The notes beneath the pieces are model-generated. The model was not told where the DNA came from. It searched no databases and saw only the letters and a program-made list of their open reading frames with translations. From Acidobacteriota bacterium (GTDB lineage Bacteria > Acidobacteriota > Vicinamibacteria > Vicinamibacterales > SCN-69-37), in assembly GCA_024640135.1 (NCBI GenBank), contig JAHEFO010000003.1, positions 1 through 54,441 on the forward strand: 54,441 nucleotides of DNA. The letters are read 5' to 3'. The position numbers and the translations under genes are program-made. Below, one piece after another: positions 16,183-25,219 of the stretch (position 1 is its first letter; the number at the start of each line of letters is the position of its first letter).

Positions 16183-17576
16183 CGGCGACTACCGCGGCCC
16201 GTCCCGGGACCGACGGACCTTCTCTCGAACGTCGCCTCGGCCCCCTTGATGCGGCCGCGATCGTTCTGTCCAATGTCATTGGAGGCGGCATCTTCTTCGT
16301 GCCCGTGATTGTCGCCGGCCTGGTGCCGACGGCGTGGGGCATGCTCGGCGTCTGGTTGTTCGGCGGGGTACTCGCGTTCGCAGGCGCCATGGCCTATGCC
16401 GAGCTTGCGGCTCTCCGCCCGCGGGCCGGCGGCGAGTACGTCTATCTGCGCGAGGCTTTTGGCCCGCTTGCCGCGTTCCTCACCGGGTGGACGTCGTTTG
16501 TCGCAGGTTTTTCGGGCGCGATTGCGGCCAGCGCCGTTGCGCTCGCCGCGTACCTCGGCCGGTTCATCCCGGCTGCAGCCGACCAGACGCCCTTGCTGAC
16601 CGTTCCAGTGCCGGGACTGCCGCTGACGGTGACGCCGCAGGCGCTGGTCGCCCTGTCGGCCATCGCCGCGCTTTCATTCATCCACATGAGGGGGCTGGGG
16701 CCCGGTCGCCTGGTGCACAACGTGCTGGCAGGGCTGAAGGTCTCGGGCATCGTGGCGTTCATTGCGCTGGGGCTGACGCTTGGCACCGGATCGCTCAGTC
16801 ATCTGGCCAGCACGCATGAGGTGGCGGCACCGGCGACCGGCTGGCTGCTCGCCCTGATTCCAGTGATGTTCAGCTATTCGGGGTGGAATGCGGCGGCGTA
16901 CGTCGCTGAGGAAATTCGCAATCCCGGCAGAAATGTGCCGATTGCCCTGGGGCTGGGCACGGCAGCCGTCGTGATTCTCTACCTGCTGCTGAACTTCCTG
17001 TACTTCTACGCCATGCCACTCGCGGACATCTCCCTTGTCGAAAATGGGCGTCTGACCGACATCGTCGCCGAGCACCTCTTTGGGTTTGTCGCCGGCAATG
17101 TGCTTGCCCTGTTCACGATTATCAGCATCGCCGCAAGTATCAGTGCGATGGTGTTGGCCGGGCCTCGAGTCTATTTTGCGATGGCTCGCGATGGTGCCTT
17201 CCTGCCATCAGTGGCGCAGGTGCATCCCAGGTATCGGACCCCGGCTCGCGCGATTGTGGCGCAGGCGCTGTGGAGCACGGTGCTCGTCTTGTCGGGCACC
17301 CTGTCCGAGCTTGTGGCCTACACGGGGTTTGCCGTCGTCCTGTTCTCCGGCATCGCCGTGGTGTCGCTGTTCGTCCTCCGGCGACGGCATCCTGAAGTCG
17401 CGCGGCCTTTCAGTGCGTGGGGCTATCCGTACGCTCCCGCCCTGTTCGTCGTGGCGTCGGCGGTAATGGTGGGACACGACCTGTGGATGAACCCTCAGGC
17501 GTCATCGGTGGGCCTCGCCGTCATCGCCATCGGGATTCCGCTCTACTACCTCTTCGCCCGACGAGAACGGGGTTAG
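16179..17576 (+). CDS. Amino-acid/polyamine permease, APC superfamily
   Basis: About 12 hydrophobic segments. The N-terminal motif IVLSNVIGGGIFFVP and AYAELAALRPRAGGEYVYLREAFG are typical of APC transporters. Confidence 0.88.
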   Translation: MTATTAARPGTDGPSLERRLGPLDAAAIVLSNVIGGGIFFVPVIVAGLVPTAWGMLGVWLFGGVLAFAGAMAYAELAALRPRAGGEYVYLREAFGPLAAFLTGWTSFVAGFSGAIAASAVALAAYLGRFIPAAADQTPLLTVPVPGLPLTVTPQALVALSAIAALSFIHMRGLGPGRLVHNVLAGLKVSGIVAFIALGLTLGTGSLSHLASTHEVAAPATGWLLALIPVMFSYSGWNAAAYVAEEIRNPGRNVPIALGLGTAAVVILYLLLNFLYFYAMPLADISLVENGRLTDIVAEHLFGFVAGNVLALFTIISIAASISAMVLAGPRVYFAMARDGAFLPSVAQVHPRYRTPARAIVAQALWSTVLVLSGTLSELVAYTGFAVVLFSGIAVVSLFVLRRRHPEVARPFSAWGYPYAPALFVVASAVMVGHDLWMNPQASSVGLAVIAIGIPLYYLFARRERG

Positions 17577-17959
17577 CCAGATTCCCGATCCAATCTAAGG
17601 AGCACCAGTGTTGCCAAGGCGAGTGTTCCGTCCGTGGCGGCAAAGAGGAGATAGGACGTGGGGGAGTCCCCGAGGATGTAGTACCAGACGAACACTGCTG
17701 CGCCCGCCCCCTTGAGCAGGGGGCCGAAAATCCAGAGATAGGCGCGATGGTGCGCGGGATCGCGCATCGGCTGGCTGTAGCCCAGGCCGACACACACCAG
17801 GAAGAGGCCAGTGAGGGTCACGAACAGGCGCGGCTCAGGTACCGTCACGCCGAAGAGAGACGCGAACCAATCGGTCGCCGCGAGCAACGCCAGCCCGATC
17901 GCGAGATCGTAGACCAGTGAAAGACCCGCGATCACCGACAACTGGCGTCGGATGGTCAC
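17573..17959 (-). CDS. Small integral membrane protein (about 4 TM), unknown family
   Basis: Four hydrophobic stretches. The start lies 2 nt after the stop of the PEGA gene, so the two are probably co-transcribed. Its stop overlaps the permease stop (ttag). Confidence 0.55.
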   Translation of the reverse strand: MTIRRQLSVIAGLSLVYDLAIGLALLAATDWFASLFGVTVPEPRLFVTLTGLFLVCVGLGYSQPMRDPAHHRAYLWIFGPLLKGAGAAVFVWYYILGDSPTSYLLFAATDGTLALATLVLLRLDRESG

Positions 17960-17961
17960 GC

Positions 17962-18906
17962 CTACTTGGAGATCTTCTTCAGCGATCCGCGAACCGTGGA
18001 CGTCTTCCCCGCGCTGACGTCGAATTCCGGCACGAAGGTCTCGTAGCCGTCAGCCTTGATCTCCACGACGTGGACCCCCAGCGTGAGCTTCAGGTGATTG
18101 CTGAGCCCATTGAAGTCGTCCACGATGCCGACCAGCGCGCCATCCACGAAGACCTCTGCTTCAGCCGGTGATACCCGCAATCGCAACGAACCGGTCGCCT
18201 CCGATGACTCGGCCATGTTGCCACCGCCGCCGCCACCCATTGCGTAGGAATCGCACGGCCAGTAACCGCCGCCCCCGCAGTAGGGATCGTACGGGTTATA
18301 CCAGGAGCCATACCGCCACAGTGAGTAGCGTGAATTGCCATAGCGCCACGGGTCATACGAAACATACCCGTATCCATAACTCCCTCCGTACCAGGGATAC
18401 CAACGGCCCCATGGACTGAACAGCGAGTAGTAGTCGTCGCCGCCACCGTAGTACCTGCCGGCAGGACGGTCCTGGGCCTGGCCTGTGACTGGCTGCGAAC
18501 CTCGCGCGCGCGATCCGGAGGTTCGACCGATTCGGGAACCGACGTTACTTCCCGCAGCTCGGCTGCCGACTGATGTCGATGACCCACGCGACGAGGCCGA
18601 CGTGGCGCTCGTGGGGCCCGAGACCGGCGATGAACTTGACCCGCCGCGGGAAGCGGCAGACCCCGTCTTCCTGCCGGAAGACGTGGGTGTGCGCGAACCA
18701 GTCGGCACCTGGACGGTGGGCAGCGATTGACCTCCGCCGGCCGAGGAAGGCGGCGGATTACTCGAGCCAGTCGATCCAGACGAACCGGAGGACCCTGACG
18801 AACCCGAACCCGTGGTACGAGGGATCGCCTGCGCTGACGAGATGGCCGGCACTGCCAGGGCAAACGCCACGGCGACAACAACCAGCGAATAAGTGTTTTT
18901 GTCCAT
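17962..18906 (-). CDS. Secreted low-complexity protein with C-terminal PEGA domain
   Basis: Signal peptide (VVVAVAFALAVPAISSAQA), a Ser/Gly/Arg-rich stretch, a Tyr/Trp/Gly/Pro-rich stretch, then PEGA-like LRLRVSPAEAEVFVDGALVG...VEIKADGYETF. An AGGAG SD lies 8 nt upstream. Confidence 0.8.
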   Translation of the reverse strand: MDKNTYSLVVVAVAFALAVPAISSAQAIPRTTGSGSSGSSGSSGSTGSSNPPPSSAGGGQSLPTVQVPTGSRTPTSSGRKTGSAASRGGSSSSPVSGPTSATSASSRGSSTSVGSRAAGSNVGSRIGRTSGSRARGSQPVTGQAQDRPAGRYYGGGDDYYSLFSPWGRWYPWYGGSYGYGYVSYDPWRYGNSRYSLWRYGSWYNPYDPYCGGGGYWPCDSYAMGGGGGGNMAESSEATGSLRLRVSPAEAEVFVDGALVGIVDDFNGLSNHLKLTLGVHVVEIKADGYETFVPEFDVSAGKTSTVRGSLKKISK

Positions 18907-18964
18907 TTTCGCGCACTCCTAAAATCCGAGAGGAACCGACAGGGTGGCTCTGTGCAATTGACAG

Positions 18965-18980
18965 TGCAACAATACTGCCA
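18965..18980 (-). promoter_or_regulatory. Sigma-54 promoter (-24/-12) TGGCAGtattgTTGCA
   Basis: Minus-strand reading matches TGGCAC-N5-TTGCA at 15 of 16 positions, with GG-N10-GC spacing. It is about 60 nt upstream of the PEGA-gene ATG, leaving a plausible leader of about 45-50 nt. Confidence 0.65.
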
Positions 18981-19039
18981 TTAACCAACCACCAAAATCT
19001 CGCGTAATGCTGGGAAATCGGCCCACAATCGTCCTAATG

Positions 19040-19070
19040 GGTGGCCGGCTTGCCCTCTGCGGTGGACGGC
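19040..19070. repeat. Direct repeat GGTGGcCGGC / GGTGGaCGGC, 21-bp phasing
   Basis: Copies at 19040-19049 and 19061-19070 (9/10 identical). They lie about 85-115 nt upstream of the predicted sigma-54 transcription start, the usual enhancer-binding-protein distance. Confidence 0.5.
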
Positions 19071-19130
19071 CTTACGATGCCAGTTCAGGTTCTGGTACCA
19101 AGGATACGCTGGTTCGGGCCCGTTTTTCAT

Positions 19131-19664
19131 ATGACAGACACACACGCCACCACAGTGCTCGCCGTCCGCCATCAGGGAAAAGTGGTGATGGCGTCCGATG
19201 GGCAGGTCACCCTCGGCCAGGTTGTCGTCAAACATCAGGCGAAGAAGGTCCGCCGGATGTACGGCGATCGGGTCCTGGCGGGATTCGCGGGATCCGCCGC
19301 CGACGGGTTCGCGTTGTTTGCACGCTTCGAGAGCAAGCTCGATGCTCACCGGGGCAACCTGGAGCGTGCGGCCGTCGAATTGGCGAAGGAGTGGCGCACT
19401 GACCGTGTGCTGCGTCGTCTTGAGGCGATGCTGCTGGTTGCCGACCCGGGTGCGATGTACCTTCTTTCCGGCACGGGGGATCTGATCGAGCCTGACGACG
19501 GCATCATGGGAATCGGCTCCGGCGGCGCGTTTGCGATGGCGGCCGCGCGCGCCCTGGTCGCGCAGTCGCCGCTGCCGCCTCGTGACATAGTCGAGCATGC
19601 AATGGCGATCGCGGCCGACCTTTGCATCTATACCAACGCGCACCTCACGCTGGAAGAAATCTAG
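19131..19664 (+). CDS. hslV: ATP-dependent protease subunit HslV (ClpQ)
   Basis: MTDTHATTVLAVRHQGKVVMASDGQVTLGQVVVKHQAKKVRR...GSGG. I trimmed the start to the ATG at 19131. The catalytic TT is preceded by a 6-residue extension. Confidence 0.9.
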   Translation: MTDTHATTVLAVRHQGKVVMASDGQVTLGQVVVKHQAKKVRRMYGDRVLAGFAGSAADGFALFARFESKLDAHRGNLERAAVELAKEWRTDRVLRRLEAMLLVADPGAMYLLSGTGDLIEPDDGIMGIGSGGAFAMAAARALVAQSPLPPRDIVEHAMAIAADLCIYTNAHLTLEEI

Positions 19665-21059
19665 ATGTCTCCTATTGCCCTTCCCGCTTCGACACAGTCA
19701 GATGTCGGCATGACGCCCCGCGCCATCGTCGCCGAGCTCGACAAGCACGTCGTCGGACAGGCGAAGGCCAAGCGGGCGGTCGCGATTGCGCTGCGCAACC
19801 GGTTTCGACGCCAGCGACTGCCTGCCGAGATGGCCGAAGATGTGGCGCCGAAGAACATCCTGATGATTGGACCCACCGGCGTGGGCAAGACCGAAATTGC
19901 CCGGCGTCTGGCCAAGCTGGCGCATTCGCCGTTCCTGAAGATCGAAGCCTCGAAGTTCACCGAGGTCGGGTACGTCGGGCGCGACGTCGAGTCGATGGTG
20001 CGCGACCTGGTGGAGATTGGCGTGAAGGTGGTGCGGGAGGAGCGCGAGGCCGAAGTCCGGGAGCGCGCCGCGCAGGCGGCCGAAGAACGGCTGCTCGATC
20101 TGTTGTTGCCGCCGTCCCCGCCGTCGGGCCCGGGATTCGGCACGGGGTCTCGCGACGAGCAACTCGCGCAGGATCAGTCTTCCACCACGCGCGAGAAGCT
20201 TCGTGAGCAGCTGCGCGCGGGGAAACTGGATGCCAAGATGGTGGAGATCGAGGTTGCCCAGCGCGCCATGCCTTCGTTCGAGGTCATTGCCGGATCCTCG
20301 ATCGAGGAAATCGGCGTCAATTTGCGCGACATGATGCCCGGCATGTTCCAGGGCAAGGCCCGTCGCCGGCTGTTGCCCGTCTCCGAGGCGCGTGAACACC
20401 TGGCTCAGGAAGAGGCCTACAAACTGATTGACATGGATGGCGTCGCTCGCGCGGCAATAGACCGGGTGGAGAATTCCGGCATCATCTTTCTCGATGAGAT
20501 CGACAAGATCGCCGGTAAGGATGGCAGCCACGGCCCCGACATCAGTCGTGAGGGCGTCCAGCGCGATATCCTGCCGATCATCGAGGGCACGACCGTCAAC
20601 ACCAAACACGGCCTGGTGAAGACCGATCACATTCTGTTTATCGCGGCAGGCGCCTTTCACGTTTCCAAGCCGTCAGATCTGATCCCTGAGCTGCAAGGCC
20701 GTTTTCCGATTCGCGTGGAACTGGACGCCCTGGGCCGTGATGACTTCGTCCGGATTCTCACGGAGCCGCGGCACGCGCTCATCACACAGTACGTGGCGCT
20801 GATGGCGACCGAGGGGCTGCGGTTGGAGTTCACGCCCGAGGCCATCACGCGCCTCGCGGAGCTGGCGACCCTGGTCAACGACCGTACGGAGAACATCGGT
20901 GCGCGCCGCCTGCACACCATCCTGGAGCGACTGCTCGACGAAGTGTCCTTTCACGCACCCGAACTGGACGGCCAATCGGTTACGATTGACCCGTCCTACG
21001 TAGACCGCATGCTCGCTGATATTGCCAAGAGCGACGACCTGTCGCGCTACATTCTGTGA
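19665..21059 (+). CDS. hslU: ATP-dependent protease ATPase subunit HslU (ClpY)
   Basis: [33 protein letters not shown], Walker [26 protein letters not shown], and C-terminal DLSRYIL. It abuts the hslV stop. Confidence 0.95.
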   Translation: MSPIALPASTQSDVGMTPRAIVAELDKHVVGQAKAKRAVAIALRNRFRRQRLPAEMAEDVAPKNILMIGPTGVGKTEIARRLAKLAHSPFLKIEASKFTEVGYVGRDVESMVRDLVEIGVKVVREEREAEVRERAAQAAEERLLDLLLPPSPPSGPGFGTGSRDEQLAQDQSSTTREKLREQLRAGKLDAKMVEIEVAQRAMPSFEVIAGSSIEEIGVNLRDMMPGMFQGKARRRLLPVSEAREHLAQEEAYKLIDMDGVARAAIDRVENSGIIFLDEIDKIAGKDGSHGPDISREGVQRDILPIIEGTTVNTKHGLVKTDHILFIAAGAFHVSKPSDLIPELQGRFPIRVELDALGRDDFVRILTEPRHALITQYVALMATEGLRLEFTPEAITRLAELATLVNDRTENIGARRLHTILERLLDEVSFHAPELDGQSVTIDPSYVDRMLADIAKSDDLSRYIL

Positions 21060-22273
21060 CCCGTCCCCTTGCCATCGTCATCGGGTTGGTTCCGGTCGTG
21101 CTGGTCGCGGCCGGCTGCGGCATCAAGGCCCCGCCCTTGCCGCCGCTGCGGCCCGTGCCCGTTCCGCCGACCCAGGTGTTCGCAAGCCGCGTGGGTGACC
21201 GCGTGACCCTGCGCCTGATGGTGCCCGCCGAAAACACGGATCCCGCCACGGCCGTGTCGGTTGGAGGCGTGGAGATTTACGCTCGGACGCTCCCCTTTGG
21301 ATCGGTAGTCCCGACCATCGCCCAGCTTGTCCGGCAGGAGAACCTCGTGGGCACGATCGCGGTCCGTCCCGTACCCGAAGCCTCCGATGAGCCCGGGGTG
21401 CCTGCGGCCGAGGGCCCACCCGATCCGCGGCCAGGCCCCGGCGAGTTGGCGGTGTGGAGCGAGACGATCTCGGCCGCCGCGCCGCGCGAGTTGGACCTGA
21501 CGCGCGAGCAGCGGGCTCGCGTCGCGGCTCAGCGCCCACTCTGGATGCCCCTCCGGCCGACGGGACTGATTGTGCCTCTGACGCGCGTGACCCTGCCGAC
21601 CCGGTACTACGCGGCAGTCGGCGTGTCGGACCGGCGTCGACCGGGGAGGCCGTCGCCAGTCCTGGCTGTTCCGTTCGGTCCCGCGCCAGAGGCACCGGGC
21701 CCGCTGGAGATGACCTACACGGAATCCACGCTCAAGCTGGAGTGGACCACTCGCGAGCCGGGGGCCTCCGTGAGCGTCGTTGAAACGACGAGGAGCGGCG
21801 AGGAGCAGCCGGCTCCAGTCCAGGAGGCGCCCATTACGACCGGGTCGTGGTCAACGCCGGTCGCATTCGGCGTGGAGCGTTGTTTTGTCGTTCGTCAGGT
21901 CATCCGGCGCGGTGCCGTGTCCATCGAGAGCGCGACGGTGGGCCCGACGTGCGAGACGCCCGTGGACACGTTCGGGCCTCCTGCCCCGACCGGGCTCGAG
22001 GCGGTGTCCAGTCCCGATGGCGTCACCCTCCTGTGGGACGCGGTCACGGCGGCTGACCTCGCCGGCTACCTCGTGCTGCGGGCCGAGGGAGCCAGCGAGA
22101 CGCCGGTACTGCTCACGCCGAAGCCCATTACGTCGCTTCAGTGGCCAGACCCGACGGTACGTTCTGGCGTCCGGTACGTGTACTTTGTCGTCGCGGTCGA
22201 CACGGCCGGAAACGAGGGCGCGCGCTCTCAGGGGTTTACGATTGAACGCTTCACGCCGCAGGATAACGAATGA
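21056..22273 (+). CDS. Lipoprotein with fibronectin type III-like C-terminal domain(s)
   Basis: Lipobox LVAAGC after a signal peptide. The C-terminus reads [38 protein letters not shown]...[15 protein letters not shown] (FN3 pattern). The GTG start overlaps the hslU stop (GTGA). Confidence 0.7.
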   Translation: MTRPLAIVIGLVPVVLVAAGCGIKAPPLPPLRPVPVPPTQVFASRVGDRVTLRLMVPAENTDPATAVSVGGVEIYARTLPFGSVVPTIAQLVRQENLVGTIAVRPVPEASDEPGVPAAEGPPDPRPGPGELAVWSETISAAAPRELDLTREQRARVAAQRPLWMPLRPTGLIVPLTRVTLPTRYYAAVGVSDRRRPGRPSPVLAVPFGPAPEAPGPLEMTYTESTLKLEWTTREPGASVSVVETTRSGEEQPAPVQEAPITTGSWSTPVAFGVERCFVVRQVIRRGAVSIESATVGPTCETPVDTFGPPAPTGLEAVSSPDGVTLLWDAVTAADLAGYLVLRAEGASETPVLLTPKPITSLQWPDPTVRSGVRYVYFVVAVDTAGNEGARSQGFTIERFTPQDNE

Positions 22274-23028
22274 TTCGTCTGTATTGTTTTGAACATGAGG
22301 GCGTGCCGAGGCACGCCGCGGAACGAGAGGGCACCTGGCGTCTTGTCGAGGGTGACATCTTCGGGGAGTGGTCCGAGGGGCCGGAGATTCCGTCAGAGGG
22401 CGCGCGGGTGCTCGCACCGGTGCAGCCTTCCAAGATCGTGTGTGTGGGCCTGAACTACAAGGACCACGCGCTCGAGCAGAAGAAGCCGTTGCCCGAGGAG
22501 CCGCTGCTGTTCATCAAGCCGTCCACCTCGGTCATCGGGCCCGGGGACCCGATCTGCGTGCCGTCCTGGGCAGGGCGGATCGATCACGAAGCTGAACTGG
22601 GCATCGTGATCGGCAAACGCGCGTACCGGGTGCCGCTGCAGGAGACGCAGGACTACGTTCTGGGCCTCATCGCCGTCAACGACGTGACCGCGCGAGATCT
22701 CCAGAACAAGGACGGGCAGTACACGCGATGCAAGGGGTTCGACACGTTTGCGCCGATAGGTCCGTGCGTGGCTGTGGGACTGGACGGGCGCGATTTGAGT
22801 GTGCGGGCTTACGTCAACGGCCAACTGCGTCAGGATTCGCGCTCGCGTGAACTGATCTTCACCATTCCCGAACTCATTACCTTTATCACCTCGGTCATGA
22901 CGCTGATGCCCGGCGACATCATTTCGACCGGAACGCCATCTGGCATCGGACCCATAACCCCGGGCGACTCCGTGACGGTGCATGTTGAGGGCGTCGGCGC
23001 GTTGACGAACAGAGTGGTGCTGCAATGA
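22270..23028 (+). CDS. Fumarylacetoacetate hydrolase (FAH) family protein
   Basis: KIVCVGLNYKDHA...EAELGIVIGK...KGFDTFAPIGP...MTLMPGDIISTGTPSGIG is the FAH-fold signature. ATGA overlaps on both sides. Confidence 0.85.
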   Translation: MIRLYCFEHEGVPRHAAEREGTWRLVEGDIFGEWSEGPEIPSEGARVLAPVQPSKIVCVGLNYKDHALEQKKPLPEEPLLFIKPSTSVIGPGDPICVPSWAGRIDHEAELGIVIGKRAYRVPLQETQDYVLGLIAVNDVTARDLQNKDGQYTRCKGFDTFAPIGPCVAVGLDGRDLSVRAYVNGQLRQDSRSRELIFTIPELITFITSVMTLMPGDIISTGTPSGIGPITPGDSVTVHVEGVGALTNRVVLQ

Positions 23029-23678
23029 AGATATTTCTCGACACAGGGAACGTGAAGGACATCGAGGCCATGATGCCTCTTGGCATCGTTGATGGCGTGA
23101 CGACCAACCCGTCGCTGATGGCCAAAGAAGGAGGCGATCCACGGGCCATCATCAAGCGCATTTGTGAGGTCGTGCAGGGGCCCGTCAGTGCCGAGGTCGT
23201 CGCCACGGCGTGGGAAGCGATGGTGGCTGAAGGACGCGATCTGGCCGCGATCGATGCCCATGTGGTCGTCAAGGTGCCGTTCACCCGTGATGGCGTGCGC
23301 GCCACCAAGTTGTTGGCGGGCGAAGGCATTCGCGTCAACGTCACGCTCATTTTTTCTGCCACGCAGGCCCTGATCGCAGCCAAGGTTGGAGCCGCGTACG
23401 TCAGTCCATTCGTCGGACGGCTCGATGACATCGCGTCCGACGGCATGGGCCTGGTCCGGCAAATCGTCGAGATCTTCGAGGCGCATCGCTTTGCCACCGA
23501 GGTGCTCGTCGCGAGCGTGCGCGGCCCGATGCACATTCTCGAGGCGGCCCGTATGGGCGCTGACGTATGCACGTGTCCTTCCGCCGTGGTCGAGGCGTGT
23601 TTCAAGCACCCGCTGACTGACATTGGCCTTGAGAAGTTCTTGAAGGATTGGGAGAAAGCTCAGGCGGCCCGATCGTGA
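23025..23678 (+). CDS. tal: Short-type transaldolase / fructose-6-phosphate aldolase
   Basis: [33 protein letters not shown] and VVKVPFT (Schiff-base Lys region). Length 217 aa. Confidence 0.9.
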   Translation: MKIFLDTGNVKDIEAMMPLGIVDGVTTNPSLMAKEGGDPRAIIKRICEVVQGPVSAEVVATAWEAMVAEGRDLAAIDAHVVVKVPFTRDGVRATKLLAGEGIRVNVTLIFSATQALIAAKVGAAYVSPFVGRLDDIASDGMGLVRQIVEIFEAHRFATEVLVASVRGPMHILEAARMGADVCTCPSAVVEACFKHPLTDIGLEKFLKDWEKAQAARS

Positions 23679-25219
23679 TGACGCCACAGGAACGGCTCGC
23701 GGAACTCGAGCGCCGGGCGGAAGCCGGAGGCGGCGAGGCACGACAGCGCCGCCAACGGGACGGCGGGAAGTTGACCGCGCGTGAGCGCGTCGACCTGTTG
23801 TTCGACGCCGGCACGTTCGAGGAACTCGACAAACTGGTCACGCACCGGTGCCGTGACTTCGGCATGGAGAAGGAACTGGTGCCCGGCGATGGCGTCGTCG
23901 CGGGTCACGGGCGCGTCGATGGACGCCCCGTCTACGCATTTGCCCAGGACTTCACCGTGTTCGGCGGGTCGCTCTCGGAGACGAATGCCGCGAAGATCGT
24001 GAAGGTCATGGACCTGGCGATGAAGATGGGCGCGCCTGTCATCGGCCTCAACGACTCCGGCGGCGCCCGCATTCAGGAGGGTGTGGTGTCCCTGGGGGGG
24101 TATGCCGATATCTTCCTCCGCAACACCATGGCCTCCGGCGTGGTTCCGCAGATTTCGGCCATCATGGGCCCCTGCGCTGGGGGCGCGGTGTATTCACCGG
24201 CCATCACAGACTTCAACATCATGGTCGAGGGCACGAGCTACATGTTCGTGACCGGCCCAGATGTGATCAAGACCGTGACCCACGAAGACGTGACCAAGGA
24301 GGAGCTGGGAGGCGCGATGGCGCACAACGCCACCAGTGGCGTCGCGCACTTCGCGGTGCCCTCTGACCGCGAGTGCATCCTGCTCATTCGGGACCTGCTC
24401 GGCTATCTGCCATCAAACAACCTGGACGAGACGCCCAGGCTGGCCACAGCCGATCCCGTTGATCGCGAAGACGACGCCCTCGACACCCTTGTTCCCGAGC
24501 AGCCGAATCAGCCGTACGACATGCTCGACCTCATTCATGTGGTTGTGGATGACGGGGTGTTTCTTGAAGTGCATCAGTACTTCGCCCAGAACATCATTTG
24601 TGGTTTCGCCCGTCTCGGCGGGCGATCGGTTGGCGTCGTCGCCAACCAGCCGAAGGTCCTGGCCGGATGCCTGGATATTGATGCGTCGGTCAAGGCCGCG
24701 AGATTCGTGCGGTTCTGTGACGCCTTCAATATTCCGCTTGTGACCTTCGAGGATGTTCCCGGGTTCTTGCCGGGCGTGCGTCAGGAGCACGGCGGCATCA
24801 TCCGCGCCGGCGCCAAACTCCTGTACGCATTCGCCGAGGCCACGGTGCCCAAGATTACGGTGATTACCCGGAAGGCGTATGGCGGCGCGTATTGCGTGAT
24901 GTCGAGCAAGCACATTCGCACCGATTTCAATTTTGCCTACCCGATGGCTGAGATTGCCGTGATGGGCCCGGAGGGCGCGGTCAATATTCTCTACCGACGC
25001 GAACTGCAGGAGGCTGAGGACCCGGCGGCCATGCGGAACCAGCTGACCAGCGAATTCCGCGAGAAACTGGCGAACCCGTTCGTCGCGGCCTCGCGCGGCT
25101 ATGTCGATGAGGTGATCCCCCCGCGTCTGACGAGAGCCAAACTGATCGCCGCGCTGGCCAGTTGCGAGAACAAACGCGACAAGAATCCGCCCAAGAAACA
25201 CGGCAACATACCGTTGTGA
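23678..25219 (+). CDS. Acyl-CoA carboxylase carboxyltransferase subunit (propionyl-/methylmalonyl-CoA type)
   Basis: Carboxyl-transferase domain motifs: [48 protein letters not shown] trimmed the start to ATG 23678, which shares 1 nt with the tal stop. Substrate is not determinable by eye. Confidence 0.88.
   Translation: MTPQERLAELERRAEAGGGEARQRRQRDGGKLTARERVDLLFDAGTFEELDKLVTHRCRDFGMEKELVPGDGVVAGHGRVDGRPVYAFAQDFTVFGGSLSETNAAKIVKVMDLAMKMGAPVIGLNDSGGARIQEGVVSLGGYADIFLRNTMASGVVPQISAIMGPCAGGAVYSPAITDFNIMVEGTSYMFVTGPDVIKTVTHEDVTKEELGGAMAHNATSGVAHFAVPSDRECILLIRDLLGYLPSNNLDETPRLATADPVDREDDALDTLVPEQPNQPYDMLDLIHVVVDDGVFLEVHQYFAQNIICGFARLGGRSVGVVANQPKVLAGCLDIDASVKAARFVRFCDAFNIPLVTFEDVPGFLPGVRQEHGGIIRAGAKLLYAFAEATVPKITVITRKAYGGAYCVMSSKHIRTDFNFAYPMAEIAVMGPEGAVNILYRRELQEAEDPAAMRNQLTSEFREKLANPFVAASRGYVDEVIPPRLTRAKLIAALASCENKRDKNPPKKHGNIPL

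Noticed and set aside
17573-17576. Overlapping convergent stop codons (TTAG) of the permease and the small membrane protein.
   Set aside because: The overlap is real but trivial. It is recorded only as part of the convergent-gene observation.
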